Positions 32,428 to 41,597 are shown, counted from the stretch's first letter. The stretch is 64,000 bases of DNA from Acidimicrobiales bacterium (GCA_035316325.1 DATHJB010000239.1:2512-66511), one strand, 5' to 3'. The notes: generated by a model from the letters alone, not told the origin. Program-made: numbers and translations.

Positions 32428-34635
32428 ATGTCGTACGACAGGAGCCGGGCTCGTGCGGCCACGCGGCGATTCGCCGCCGTCACGCCCGCCGTCGTCATCA
32501 TCGTGGTGCAGCAGCTGCTGTTCCCCAGCACCAACAGCGACGGCGAGTACCTGTGGGGCCTGGTCATCCAGGGACTGACGCTGGGGATGCTCAGCGCCCT
32601 CGTCGCCGTCGGGATGGCGCTCGTGTACCGGGCCAACCGCATCGTCAACTTCGCCGCCGGCGACCTCGGCCTGGTGCCGGTGACCCTGGCGATCGACCTG
32701 ATCGTCTTCTCCGGGATCAACTACTGGTTGGGGCTGACGCTGGGGCTGGGTGCCGCGGCAGTGGTCGGCGCCGTCGTCGAGCTGGCCGTGATCCGCCGGT
32801 TCTTCCGTTCGCCCCGCCTGATCCTCACCGTCGCCACCATCGGCCTCGCCCAGCTCCTCGCGTTCGGAGCGGTGATGCTGCCCCGGCTGTGGGGTGAGGA
32901 GGCGATCACCAGCTCCATCGACGCCCCGCTGTCGTGGCGGGCCGAGGTCCAGCCGTACGTCTTCGACGGCGACTACCCCGTCGCCTGGGTGCTGGCCCCG
33001 ATCGCCATGCTGCTGGTGGCGGCGTTCCTCCGCTTCACCGACGTGGGCATCGCCGTGCGGGCGGCCGCCGACCGGGCCGACCGGGCCGCGCTCCTCGGCA
33101 TCCCCGTCGGTCGGCTGCACAGCTACGTGTGGGCGATCGCCGGGACGCTGTCGTTCGTGGCGCTGTTCCTCCGGGCCGGGGTCGTCGGGCTGCCGCTGGC
33201 GTCGCCGGTGGGGCTGACCGTGCTGCTCAGCGCCCTCGCCGCCCTGATGCTCGGGCGCCTCACCGACCTGCCGTCGATCGTCGCCAGCGCCCTCGCCGTC
33301 GGGATGCTGGAGGCGCACGTGAGCTGGAACGACGAGCTGGCGGTCGGGCCCCTGCACCTCGACCTGCGCAGCGACTTCGTGATCGCGCCCGTGCTGGCGG
33401 TCGTCATCCTCCTCGCCCTGCTGGTGCGCCGAGCCGGGACGAGCCGGGTGGACAGCGACGGCACGTCGTCGTGGCAGGCGTCGGGGCTGCTGCGCCCGAT
33501 CCCCCGGGAGCTGGCCGGCCTGACGGAGGTGCGGGCGGCCCGGATCGGTGGCCTGGCCCTCGTCGCCGCGGCGCTGGTCGCCCTGCCCGCCGTGCTCGGC
33601 CCCGGCTCGACGCTCAAGGCCGCCGCCGTGGTGATCTTCGCCATCGTCATCCTGTCGCTGACGGTGCTCACCGGCTGGGCGGGCCAGGTGTCGTTGGGGC
33701 AGATGGGCTTCGTCGCCATCGGCGCGGCGCTGGGGGCGAAGGCGACCCAGGAGTGGGGCTGGGACCTGGCGCTGGCGTTGCCGGTGATGGGGCTGGCGGG
33801 CGCCGCGGTGGCGGTGGCGGTCGGGTTGCCGGCCCTGCGGCTGCGGGGTCCCTACCTGGCGGTGACCAGCCTGGCGTTCGCTCTGGCGACCACCCGGTAC
33901 CTGCTCAGCCCGCAGTTCTTCGACTGGGTGCCCGACGAGCGCCTGACGCGCCGGCCGCTCCTCGGGGTGTGGCACTACGACAATCCGACCGGCTACTACC
34001 AGCTGGCGCTGGGGACGTTCGCCGTGCTGGTGGTGGGTGTGGCGGGCATCCGGCGCAGCCGGACCGGCCGGGTGCTGGTGGCGCTGCGCGAGAACGAGCG
34101 GGCGGTGGCGGCCTATGGCGTGTCGGTGGTGCGGGCCAAGCTGACGGCGTTCGCGCTGTCGGGCTTCGTGGCCGCGGTGGGGGGCGTGCTGCTCGTCACC
34201 CAGCAGGGCCAGTTCACGCTCGGGCTGTTCCCCGAGGAGGACAACCTCGTCGTGTTCACGGCGGCTGTTGTGGGCGGGCTGGGGTCGGTGACGGGGGCGG
34301 CCCTCGGCTCGCTGTTCCTCAAGGGCGGCGAGTGGTTCCTGCGCGACGACTGGCGGCTGTTCGCCTCGTCGCTCGGCGTGCTGGTCGTGCTGCTGGTGCT
34401 GCCCGGCGGGGTGGGCGGCGCGCTGTTCCGGGTGCGGGACCTGGGGCTGCGCTGGGTGGCCCGCCGGCACGACCTGGTGGTGCCGAGCCTGATGGCCGAC
34501 ACGACCCAGCCCGACATGCCCGACCTCGGCCTGGCGTTCCGTTCTCCGGAGGAACCGGACGACCCGGACGCCACCGCGGAGCCGACCGGTGACGACACCG
34601 ATGCCGCCGACGACGTGACGGCGGGTGCGTCGTGA
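32428..34635 (+). CDS. fused LivH-like + LivM-like ABC transporter permease
   Basis: 735 aa from ATG 32428. It contains a LivH block (...LSALVAVGMALVYRANRIVNFAAGDL...) and a LivM block (...VLTGWAGQVSLGQMGFVAIGAALGA...). The stop overlaps the next GTG (GTGA). Confidence 0.8.
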   Translation: MSYDRSRARAATRRFAAVTPAVVIIVVQQLLFPSTNSDGEYLWGLVIQGLTLGMLSALVAVGMALVYRANRIVNFAAGDLGLVPVTLAIDLIVFSGINYWLGLTLGLGAAAVVGAVVELAVIRRFFRSPRLILTVATIGLAQLLAFGAVMLPRLWGEEAITSSIDAPLSWRAEVQPYVFDGDYPVAWVLAPIAMLLVAAFLRFTDVGIAVRAAADRADRAALLGIPVGRLHSYVWAIAGTLSFVALFLRAGVVGLPLASPVGLTVLLSALAALMLGRLTDLPSIVASALAVGMLEAHVSWNDELAVGPLHLDLRSDFVIAPVLAVVILLALLVRRAGTSRVDSDGTSSWQASGLLRPIPRELAGLTEVRAARIGGLALVAAALVALPAVLGPGSTLKAAAVVIFAIVILSLTVLTGWAGQVSLGQMGFVAIGAALGAKATQEWGWDLALALPVMGLAGAAVAVAVGLPALRLRGPYLAVTSLAFALATTRYLLSPQFFDWVPDERLTRRPLLGVWHYDNPTGYYQLALGTFAVLVVGVAGIRRSRTGRVLVALRENERAVAAYGVSVVRAKLTAFALSGFVAAVGGVLLVTQQGQFTLGLFPEEDNLVVFTAAVVGGLGSVTGAALGSLFLKGGEWFLRDDWRLFASSLGVLVVLLVLPGGVGGALFRVRDLGLRWVARRHDLVVPSLMADTTQPDMPDLGLAFRSPEEPDDPDATAEPTGDDTDAADDVTAGAS

Positions 34636-37600
34636 TCGCCGTCACCCCGCCGCCGGTGAGCGACGAGCCGTGGCCGCGGCGCCTCGCCTTCGCCGTCCGG
34701 CACCCCATCCGCTGGGTCGACAAGCTGACCGGCGACGGCCCCGTCCTGGCGCTGCTGGTGCTGACCGGGCTCAACGGCGTCGACGAGATGTCCCGCACGT
34801 CGTTCACGGTGGTGGCACCCCTGGCCGCCGACCACTTCGGTGTGGGCCTCGTCGGCATCGTCGTGCCGTTCGTCCTGGCGTTCGCCGCCGCGCTCGCCCT
34901 GGCCGTTCCGATCGCCACCCTCGCCGACCGGCGCAACCGGGTGCATCTGGCCCTGCTGGGCGGCGGGATCTTCGCGGTCGCGTCGGCGCTGGTGGGGGTG
35001 TCGCCGAACGTGTGGCTGCTGGCGGTGTTCCTGGCCGGGTCGAACGTCGGGAAGGCCTTCATCGAGCCGTCGCACACGTCGCTGATGAGCGACTACTACG
35101 CCGTCGGGCTGCGCCCCCGCATCTTCTCCTTCCACCGGGGTGGCAACGCGATCGGGGCGCTGCTGGGCGGGGTCGGGGCCGGCTACCTCGCCGAGGCGTT
35201 CGGGTGGCGGGCGCCGTTCCTGCTCTTCGCCGTGCCCACGGTGCTGCTGGTGCTCGCCGGCGCCCGGCTGCGCGAGCCGGTGCGAGGCGCGCAGGAGCGG
35301 GCGTTGGCCGGGGCCGCGGCGTCGTCGGTCGACACCGAGGAGGACGCCCCGAGCCTGGCCGAGGGCTGGCGCATGTGCTGGCAGATCGACAGCCTCCGCC
35401 GCATCTACCGGACGCTCCCGTTCCTGATGCCGGCCCTCGTCGGCTTCGTGATCTTCAGCACGTTCATGTACCGGGAGGTGTTCGGGCTCGACGAGACGGC
35501 CCGGGGTTGGGTGGTCGGCCTGGTGGAGGGGCCGTCGCAGCTGGTCGGGCTGGCGATCGGCGCCCGGCTCGGCATGAAGCTCTTCGCCAAGGACCCGACG
35601 CTGCTGTTCGGCCTGCTGGCGAAGGGCATCTTCGTGGTGTCGGTGGCGACCCTGGGCTTCGCCTGGTCGCCGCACGTGCTGGTGGCCGTCGCCTGCCACG
35701 TGGTGATCAGCGCCAGCCTCGCCTTCACGCTGCCCGGCATCTTCGCGGCGCTGTCGCTCGCCATCCCGCCCCGGGCCCGGTCGATGGGCTTCGCCATGGG
35801 CTCGGTGTTCGTGATGGCCGGGATGGTGGTGCTACCGCTGATCGCGGCGGCCGCCGACGCCTGGGGCATGCGCTGGGGCATCACCCTGATGGTGCCGGTG
35901 TTCCTGGTCGGCGGCCTGGTCATCGCCTCCGCCGGCGACCTGATCATGCGCGACATCCAGCAGGTGTGGGCGGCCTCGGCGGCGCGCAGCGAGGTGCTCC
36001 ACCAGCGTCGGGCGGGGCTGGCGAAGCACCTGGTGGTGCGGGGCCTCGAGGTGAGCTACGGCGACGTCCAGGTGCTCTTCGGCGTCGACTTCGAGATCGA
36101 CGAGGGCGAGATCGTCGCCCTGCTGGGCACCAACGGGGCGGGCAAGTCGACGCTGTTGCGGTCCATCGCCGGCCTGGTCCCCGCCAACAAGGGCACGGTG
36201 ATCCTCGACGGGCGCGACATCACCTACGCGCCCGCGCACGAGGTGGCGCCGCGGGGCGTGGTGCTGGTGCCGGGCGGTGTCGGGACGTTCCCGTCGCTGT
36301 CGGTCACCGAGAACCTGCGGGCCGCGGCGTGGCTGGAGCGGCACGACAAGCAGCTGGCGGCCCGGCGCACCGCGGAGGCGCTCGACGTCTTCCCCGAGCT
36401 GCGGGCCCGGCTCGACGACCCCGCCGCCGACCTGTCCGGCGGCCAGCAGCAGATGCTGTCGCTGGCGATGGCGTTCGTCTCGCAGCCGAAGCTGCTGCTG
36501 ATCGACGAGCTGTCGTTGGGCCTGGCGCCGGTGGTGGTGGAGCGGCTGGTGGAGGTGGTGCGGGGGATCGCCCGGGGCGGGACGACGGTGGTGGTCGTGG
36601 AGCAGTCGGTCAACGTGGCGTTGACCATGGCGTCCGAGGCCTACTTCATGGAGAAGGGCGAGATCCGCTTCCACGGGCCCACCGAGGAGCTGTTGGCCCG
36701 CCCGGACATCCTGCGCTCGGTGTTCCTGGAGGGCGCAGCCGCTGCCCACCCCACCGAAACTTCGACAGAAACGGTCGCTATGGCGCCAACTGCGTCACAG
36801 TTTCGGAGCAACGGGGCCCCGCCGACGTTGGAGGTGCAGGGCCTCACCCGCAGCTTCGGCGGCCTCCGGGCCGTCGACGACGTGTCGTTCGCCGTGGCGC
36901 CGGGCGAGGTGCTCGGCATCGTCGGGCCCAACGGCGCCGGCAAGACCACCGTGTTCGACCTGGTCTCCGGCTACCTCCCCGTCGACGGCGGCCGGGTGCT
37001 GCTGGGCGGGCGCGACGTCACCGGCCAGCCCACCGACGCCCGGGCCCGCCGCGGCCTCGGGCGCTCCTTCCAGGACGCCCGGCTGTTCCCGGCGCTCACC
37101 GTCGAGCAGTGCGTCGCCGTGGCGCTCGACCGCTGGGTCACGGTGAAGGACCCCGTGCAGGCCGCCCTCCACCTGCCCGCCGCGTTCGACGCCGAGCAGG
37201 CCGTGCGCCGGCGGGTCGACGAGCTGCTCGACCTCCTCGGCCTCGAGGCCTTCCGCTCCAAGTTCGTGCAGGAGCTGTCGACCGGGTCGCGTCGGATCGT
37301 CGACCTCGCCTGCCTCGTCGCCCACCGGCCCACCGTCATCCTCCTCGACGAGCCCTCCAGCGGCATCGCCCAGCGGGAGGCCGAGGCGCTGGTGCCCGTG
37401 CTCGCCCGGATCCGCGACCAGCTCGGTGCCAGCATCGTCGTCATCGAGCACGACATGCCGCTGGTCACGGCCGTGTCGGACCGCCTCCTCGCGCTCGACC
37501 AGGGCCGCACCATCGCCGCCGGCCCGCCCGCCGAGGTGCTCGCCCATCCCGCCGTCGTCGCCGCCTACCTGGGCACCGACGAGGCGGTCGTCCGACGGAC

Positions 37601-37655
37601 AGGTACCCGGGCCGGCGCCGTGCGCGTCAGGTCCACACAAGGGAAGGACAGCTGA
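34632..37655 (+). CDS. MFS-like membrane domain fused to two ABC ATPase domains (LivF-like, then LivG-like); 1007 aa
   Basis: Residues 1 to about 450 are a multi-span region with MFS-type motifs (...LADRRNRV..., ...FGWRAPFLL...). NBD1 has GTNGAGKST, LSGGQQQML and LLLIDELSLGL. NBD2 has GPNGAGKTT, LSTGSRRIV and VILLDEPSSGI, and ends ...HPAVVAAYLG. One frame runs through without a stop. Confidence 0.8.
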   Translation: MIAVTPPPVSDEPWPRRLAFAVRHPIRWVDKLTGDGPVLALLVLTGLNGVDEMSRTSFTVVAPLAADHFGVGLVGIVVPFVLAFAAALALAVPIATLADRRNRVHLALLGGGIFAVASALVGVSPNVWLLAVFLAGSNVGKAFIEPSHTSLMSDYYAVGLRPRIFSFHRGGNAIGALLGGVGAGYLAEAFGWRAPFLLFAVPTVLLVLAGARLREPVRGAQERALAGAAASSVDTEEDAPSLAEGWRMCWQIDSLRRIYRTLPFLMPALVGFVIFSTFMYREVFGLDETARGWVVGLVEGPSQLVGLAIGARLGMKLFAKDPTLLFGLLAKGIFVVSVATLGFAWSPHVLVAVACHVVISASLAFTLPGIFAALSLAIPPRARSMGFAMGSVFVMAGMVVLPLIAAAADAWGMRWGITLMVPVFLVGGLVIASAGDLIMRDIQQVWAASAARSEVLHQRRAGLAKHLVVRGLEVSYGDVQVLFGVDFEIDEGEIVALLGTNGAGKSTLLRSIAGLVPANKGTVILDGRDITYAPAHEVAPRGVVLVPGGVGTFPSLSVTENLRAAAWLERHDKQLAARRTAEALDVFPELRARLDDPAADLSGGQQQMLSLAMAFVSQPKLLLIDELSLGLAPVVVERLVEVVRGIARGGTTVVVVEQSVNVALTMASEAYFMEKGEIRFHGPTEELLARPDILRSVFLEGAAAAHPTETSTETVAMAPTASQFRSNGAPPTLEVQGLTRSFGGLRAVDDVSFAVAPGEVLGIVGPNGAGKTTVFDLVSGYLPVDGGRVLLGGRDVTGQPTDARARRGLGRSFQDARLFPALTVEQCVAVALDRWVTVKDPVQAALHLPAAFDAEQAVRRRVDELLDLLGLEAFRSKFVQELSTGSRRIVDLACLVAHRPTVILLDEPSSGIAQREAEALVPVLARIRDQLGASIVVIEHDMPLVTAVSDRLLALDQGRTIAAGPPAEVLAHPAVVAAYLGTDEAVVRRTGTRAGAVRVRSTQGKDS
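36754..36806. repeat. 53-nt palindromic repeat, copy D (inside a CDS)
   Basis: CCGAAACTTCGACAGAAACGGTCGCTATGGCGCCAACTGCGTCACAGTTTCGG. It is 41/53 identical to the reverse complement of copy C and 36/53 identical to copy A, both ungapped. The termini form the inverted repeat CCGAAACT/AGTTTCGG. Confidence 0.7.
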
Positions 37656-39427
37656 TGCTCCCTGCAGACGACGGAGGCTCCACCACCCGGAGCACGAGGT
37701 TGCGCCGCTACGGCCCGCTCGCCCTCATCGTGGTGCTGCTGCTGGCGGTGGGAGCGGTCGTGGTCGTCGGCGGCGGGGGCGACGACGGCGACGACGAGGC
37801 GTCGGAGGAGACCGGGTCGGGCGGGTTCGACTGGAAGAGCCCCGGCGACGCCGAGCCCGGCGCTCCGGCCCCGACCGGGGCGATGCCGGCGACCTACGCC
37901 GAAGCCGAGGAGGACGGCTCGGTCGGCGACCACGAGTGGCCCGACACCTGCGACACCGAGTCCGGCCGTGTCGAGCTGCCGTCCGTGTCCGCCGTGCCCT
38001 GCGTGCCGGCGTTCGACGGCGACAACGGCGGGGCGACGGCCCCCGGCGTGACCGCGGAGTCGATCAAGGTCGTCTACTACTCGCCCGAGCAGAGCGCCGA
38101 CATGGCCTCGCTGCTGGGGGCGATGGGGGCGAACGACACCGCCGAGCAGCGCAACGCCACGCTCCAGACGTACATCGACATCTTCACGTCGGTCACCGAG
38201 CAGTACGGGCGGGAGATCGAGATGGTGCCGTTCGCCGCCACGGGACAGGCCGACGACGTGGTCGCGTCCCAGGCCGACGCCACCGACGTCCTGGCCATGG
38301 AGCCGTTCGCCGTGCTGGGTGGACCGGCCCTCGACCGCGGCGCCTTCGCCCAGGAGCTCGCCGAAGCCGGGGTCCTGTGCTTCGGCTGCACCGGTGCCGC
38401 CCTGCCCGAGGCGATGGCGCTGGAGATGGCGCCCTACGTGTGGTCGGCGCTGCCGTCGCCCGACCAGATCCTCGACCTGCTCGCCACCTGGGTGAACGCC
38501 CAGGTGTCCGCCTCCGATTCGGTCGCCGACCATGCCGGCGGCGACCTGCAGGGCCGGCCCAGCAAGCTCGGCGTCATCCACTTCGAGCAGGATCCCCCGG
38601 TGTTCGAGTCCACCGAGGCGGAGCGCCGCGACATGGCCGACGTGGCGCTGATCGAGAGCTACGTGCTCGACCTGCCGACGCTGCCGGCCAAGGCCGCCGA
38701 GCTGATCGCCCAGTTCAAGGCCGAGGGCATCACCTCGATCACCTTCCTGGGTGACCCGTTCATGCCGATCTACCTCACCCGGGCGGCCACGGAGGCCGAC
38801 TACTTCCCCGAGTGGGTGTTCACCGGCACCGCCCTGACCGACACCAACGTGTTCGGCCGCCAGTACGACCCGGAGCAGATGGTCCACGCCGCCGGCATCT
38901 CGCAGCTGGCCGCCCCCGTCGACCAGGACCTGCAGGAGTACGTCCGGCTGTACCGCTGGTACGCGGGCGACTCGGCCCCCGCCCTGCCGCCGGCCGAGAA
39001 CCAGTACGCCGTCGTGGCGCCCAACGCGGCGTGGCTGGCGGCCGGCATCCACATGGCCGGGCCGGAGCTCACCGCCGAGACGTTCGCCCGGGGTCTGTTC
39101 CGCCTCCCGCCCGTCGGCGGGGGGCCGGCGACCCCGCAGGTCAGCTACGGCAACTGGGGCAACTTCGCCGAGATGGACTACCAGGCCATCGACGACGGGG
39201 TCGAGATCTGGTGGGACCCGGACGTCGAGGTGGAGGACGAGCGGGGCGTGATGGGACAGGGCGCGTGGCGCCGGTCCAACGGGGGCGAGCGGTTCACGGC
39301 CACGGAGACGCCGTCGCCGAACGCCTTCGAGGACCCGGACAGCGCCGTCACCGTGATCGACTCGCTGTCGGAGGACGACCTGCCGCCCGACTACCCGCCG
39401 CCTCCGGGGTCGCCGGCCGCGGGGTGA
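37655..39427 (+). CDS. membrane-anchored putative substrate-binding protein of the second ABC system (PBP1-like, about 590 aa)
   Basis: The ATG overlaps the upstream stop (TGATG). It has an N-terminal TM anchor and an acidic linker. The body is alternating beta/alpha-like with ...IKVVYYSP...YGREIEMVPF.... The family call is tentative. Confidence 0.55.
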   Translation: MLPADDGGSTTRSTRLRRYGPLALIVVLLLAVGAVVVVGGGGDDGDDEASEETGSGGFDWKSPGDAEPGAPAPTGAMPATYAEAEEDGSVGDHEWPDTCDTESGRVELPSVSAVPCVPAFDGDNGGATAPGVTAESIKVVYYSPEQSADMASLLGAMGANDTAEQRNATLQTYIDIFTSVTEQYGREIEMVPFAATGQADDVVASQADATDVLAMEPFAVLGGPALDRGAFAQELAEAGVLCFGCTGAALPEAMALEMAPYVWSALPSPDQILDLLATWVNAQVSASDSVADHAGGDLQGRPSKLGVIHFEQDPPVFESTEAERRDMADVALIESYVLDLPTLPAKAAELIAQFKAEGITSITFLGDPFMPIYLTRAATEADYFPEWVFTGTALTDTNVFGRQYDPEQMVHAAGISQLAAPVDQDLQEYVRLYRWYAGDSAPALPPAENQYAVVAPNAAWLAAGIHMAGPELTAETFARGLFRLPPVGGGPATPQVSYGNWGNFAEMDYQAIDDGVEIWWDPDVEVEDERGVMGQGAWRRSNGGERFTATETPSPNAFEDPDSAVTVIDSLSEDDLPPDYPPPPGSPAAG

Positions 39428-39439
39428 CAGGGTGAGGGG

Positions 39440-39826
39440 GTGACCGAGTACTCGGACGTCCCGCCGGAGGTGCTCGTCGGGTTGCGGGCCGTGTGCCTGG
39501 GGTTGCCGGAGACGTCGGAGGAGCAGGCATGGGCCGGCCGCCGCTGGACGGTGCGCCGGCGGACGTTCGCGCACGTGCTGTCGGTCGACTCGCCGTCCGG
39601 CCCGACCGTCGTCCTGACGTTCCGCTCGTCCGGCGACGAGCTCGACGCGCTGCGGTCGATGGGCCACCCCTTCTTCCGCCCGGGCTGGGGCACCAACACC
39701 GTCGGCATGGTCCTTTCGGCCGCCGAGGGCCTCGACTGGACCGAGATCCAGGAGCTCCTCACCGAGAGCTACTGCATCCTGGCCCCCAAGAAGCTCGCCT
39801 CCCAGGTCCCCCGCCCGGCGGTGTGA
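39440..39826 (+). CDS. MmcQ/YjbR family protein
   Basis: 128 aa. The pattern ...LRAVCLGLPETSEE..W.....W.VRRRTFAHV... fits the YjbR fold family. Confidence 0.65.
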   Translation: MTEYSDVPPEVLVGLRAVCLGLPETSEEQAWAGRRWTVRRRTFAHVLSVDSPSGPTVVLTFRSSGDELDALRSMGHPFFRPGWGTNTVGMVLSAAEGLDWTEIQELLTESYCILAPKKLASQVPRPAV

Positions 39827-39830
39827 CTCA

Positions 39831-39852
39831 GGTCGAGCCGATCCGCTCGACC
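39831..39852. terminator. hairpin GGTCGAGC-N6-GCTCGACC between convergent genes
   Basis: Perfect 8-bp stem read directly from the sequence. There is no U-tract. Confidence 0.3.
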
Positions 39853-39885
39853 CGCTCGTCGACCTCACGACACAGGTCCAGCACC

Positions 39886-40665
39886 TCACGGGGTGGGGTC
39901 GAGGGCGGCGAAGGGCCACGGCTCGACGTCGAGGTACCGGCGGCGGATGACCCGGGCGGCCCGTTCGGGCGAGATCGACAGGTGGCGGGCGTAGGGGCTC
40001 TGGCGGATGCGGTCGAGCACCTGGTCGACGATCGTCTCCAGCGGTGGCGGCTTGTCGGACGGCAGCGGACGCCCGAGGAGCCGGTGGACGTAGCCGAGGC
40101 CGAGCAGTGCGGCGACGACCTCGACAGTCGTGCGGCGCAGCCCGGACGGTTCGGCACGGGATCGGCGGGCGCCGTGGGCCAGGTCCCGGATGAGCCACCG
40201 CACCCGTTCCGGGTCGGCCAGACTCGGGCGGATCGCCGGGTTCCGTGCCAGGTGGGTGCACAGCGCCTGCAACGTGTGGCGTTCGGCCTCGATCGACCAC
40301 GACGAGCCGAAGGGTCGCAACGGCACCACGACTCCTCGCCAAGCGTCGCGGAAGGTCCATGTGAGGAAGGTGCTGGTGGCAGCTCGGACGGGAGCCGTCG
40401 CCTCGGCTGCCTCGCCGCCGACTCCCAGGGCGATACCTCCGCCTCGACGGGCTCCGGTCAAGAACAAGGTGATCTGCCAGGAGCTTCGGGGGCGGGAGTG
40501 CGACGAGCCGTGGTCGTCCCAGGAGAGGTGGGCGAAGGTGGTGCCCGCCCAGACCGAGACCCGGTCGGGGGCGAGGAGGATCGAGGCGGTGTGGCCCCGG
40601 GGTCGGCCCGGCAGGAGGAGGCCGCGGTCCTCCGCGACCGCCGAGGCGAACCACGGCGACACCAC
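39886..40665 (-). CDS. hypothetical protein
   Basis: 259-aa ORF with G/C-rich third codon positions. The GTG start overlaps the upstream stop (TAGTG). No domain was recognised. Confidence 0.5.
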   Translation of the reverse strand: MVSPWFASAVAEDRGLLLPGRPRGHTASILLAPDRVSVWAGTTFAHLSWDDHGSSHSRPRSSWQITLFLTGARRGGGIALGVGGEAAEATAPVRAATSTFLTWTFRDAWRGVVVPLRPFGSSWSIEAERHTLQALCTHLARNPAIRPSLADPERVRWLIRDLAHGARRSRAEPSGLRRTTVEVVAALLGLGYVHRLLGRPLPSDKPPPLETIVDQVLDRIRQSPYARHLSISPERAARVIRRRYLDVEPWPFAALDPTP

Positions 40666-41318
40666 TACTGGCGGGCGAGGTGGTGGAGGAGGTGGAGGCG
40701 GACGTCCTGGCTGTCGGTGAGGGGAGCCGTGGTGAGGTCCGGGGCCGTGGGGGCGCCGGTGGTCGGGTCGACCGTGGCGGCCAGGGCCGGGGCGCTCAGG
40801 CCCAAGCCGGGGAGGGGAGCGTCGGCGTCAACCGCCGCTGCAATCGACGCCGACGTCGGGGGCGGTGGGGTCTCCGGTTGGCAGGCGCTGCCGGTCGCCG
40901 GGAGGCCGGGGGCGGCCAGCTCGGGCGGGTCGAGGAAGGCGGGGCGTCGGCGTCGGAAGTCGAAGCAGTCGAGCAGGTTGGAGGCGTTGGCGTCCCGCCG
41001 GGTGAGCGCCCCCAGGTTCCACTTCGTCTCGATGAACCGCAGCACCGACGTGTGGTCGTGCACGACGTGCGACACGTAGTTGCGCCGGGCGAACGGGGAG
41101 ACGACGAACGCCGGCACCCGCGGCCCGAGGTGGTCGAAGGCGTGCGACGTGCCGGGGACGGGCTCGGCGACGTGCTCCGGCCCGCCGCCGTGCCGCTCCT
41201 CCACGAACGTGACGCCGACGGCCTCGTAGAACGCCCGGGCAGCGGGAAGGTCGGCCACCCGCAGCACCACCAGTTCGAGGGCAGGTGCCGCGCCGCCGTT
41301 CCCGGATGCCGGAGCCAT
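40665..41318 (-). pseudogene. chimeric ORF: VOC/glyoxalase N-terminal fragment joined to the C-terminal fragment of a phosphoesterase (phospholipase C / AcpA family)
   Basis: The product starts at ATG 41318. MAPASGNGGAAPALELVVLRVADLPAARAFYEAVGVTFVEERHGGGPEHV is the first beta-alpha-beta unit of a VOC protein. It is followed directly by ...FDHLGPRVPAFVVSPFARRNYVSHVVHDHTSVLRFIETKWNL..L..RDA.A..L...FDF, which is the conserved extreme C-terminus of the phosphoesterase family. Neither domain is complete. Confidence 0.45.
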
Positions 41319-41322
41319 TCGT

Positions 41323-41597
41323 TCACTCGAAGAGGAAGAGGTCGACGAGCAGGCCCACGAGGGCGCCGATGGTGATGCCCACCGTCCCGGTGGCGGCGAC
41401 CCGGCGGAAGCGCTGCTCGACGGCGGCGGCGTCCGGCTCGCGGCCGCGGACTGCCGGTCGTAGGCCCGTTGGGCCTCGACCAACGCCCGGAGTCGATCGG
41501 GGGCGAACTTCCTGCGCCAGCCCCACATCAGGAGCGCCCAGATGGCGACGTAGAAGGCGACCTCGCCGAGTCGGTCCACTGAGTCGATGCCTACCAC
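41323..41597 (-). pseudogene. small two-TM membrane protein gene split by a frameshift
   Basis: The first frame (GTG 41597) gives MVGIDSVDRLGEVAFYVAIWALLMWGWRRKFAPDRLRALVEAQRAYDRQ and then loses coding character. The +1 frame continues with EPDAAAVEQRFRRVAATGTVGITIGALVGLLVDLFLFE and a stop at 41323. High GC3 switches frame near 41445-41460. Confidence 0.4.

Noticed and set aside
37565-40654. 1029-aa minus-strand ORF opposite the binding-protein and YjbR genes
   Set aside because: The composition is that of a shadow ORF. It crosses several independently supported genes on both strands.
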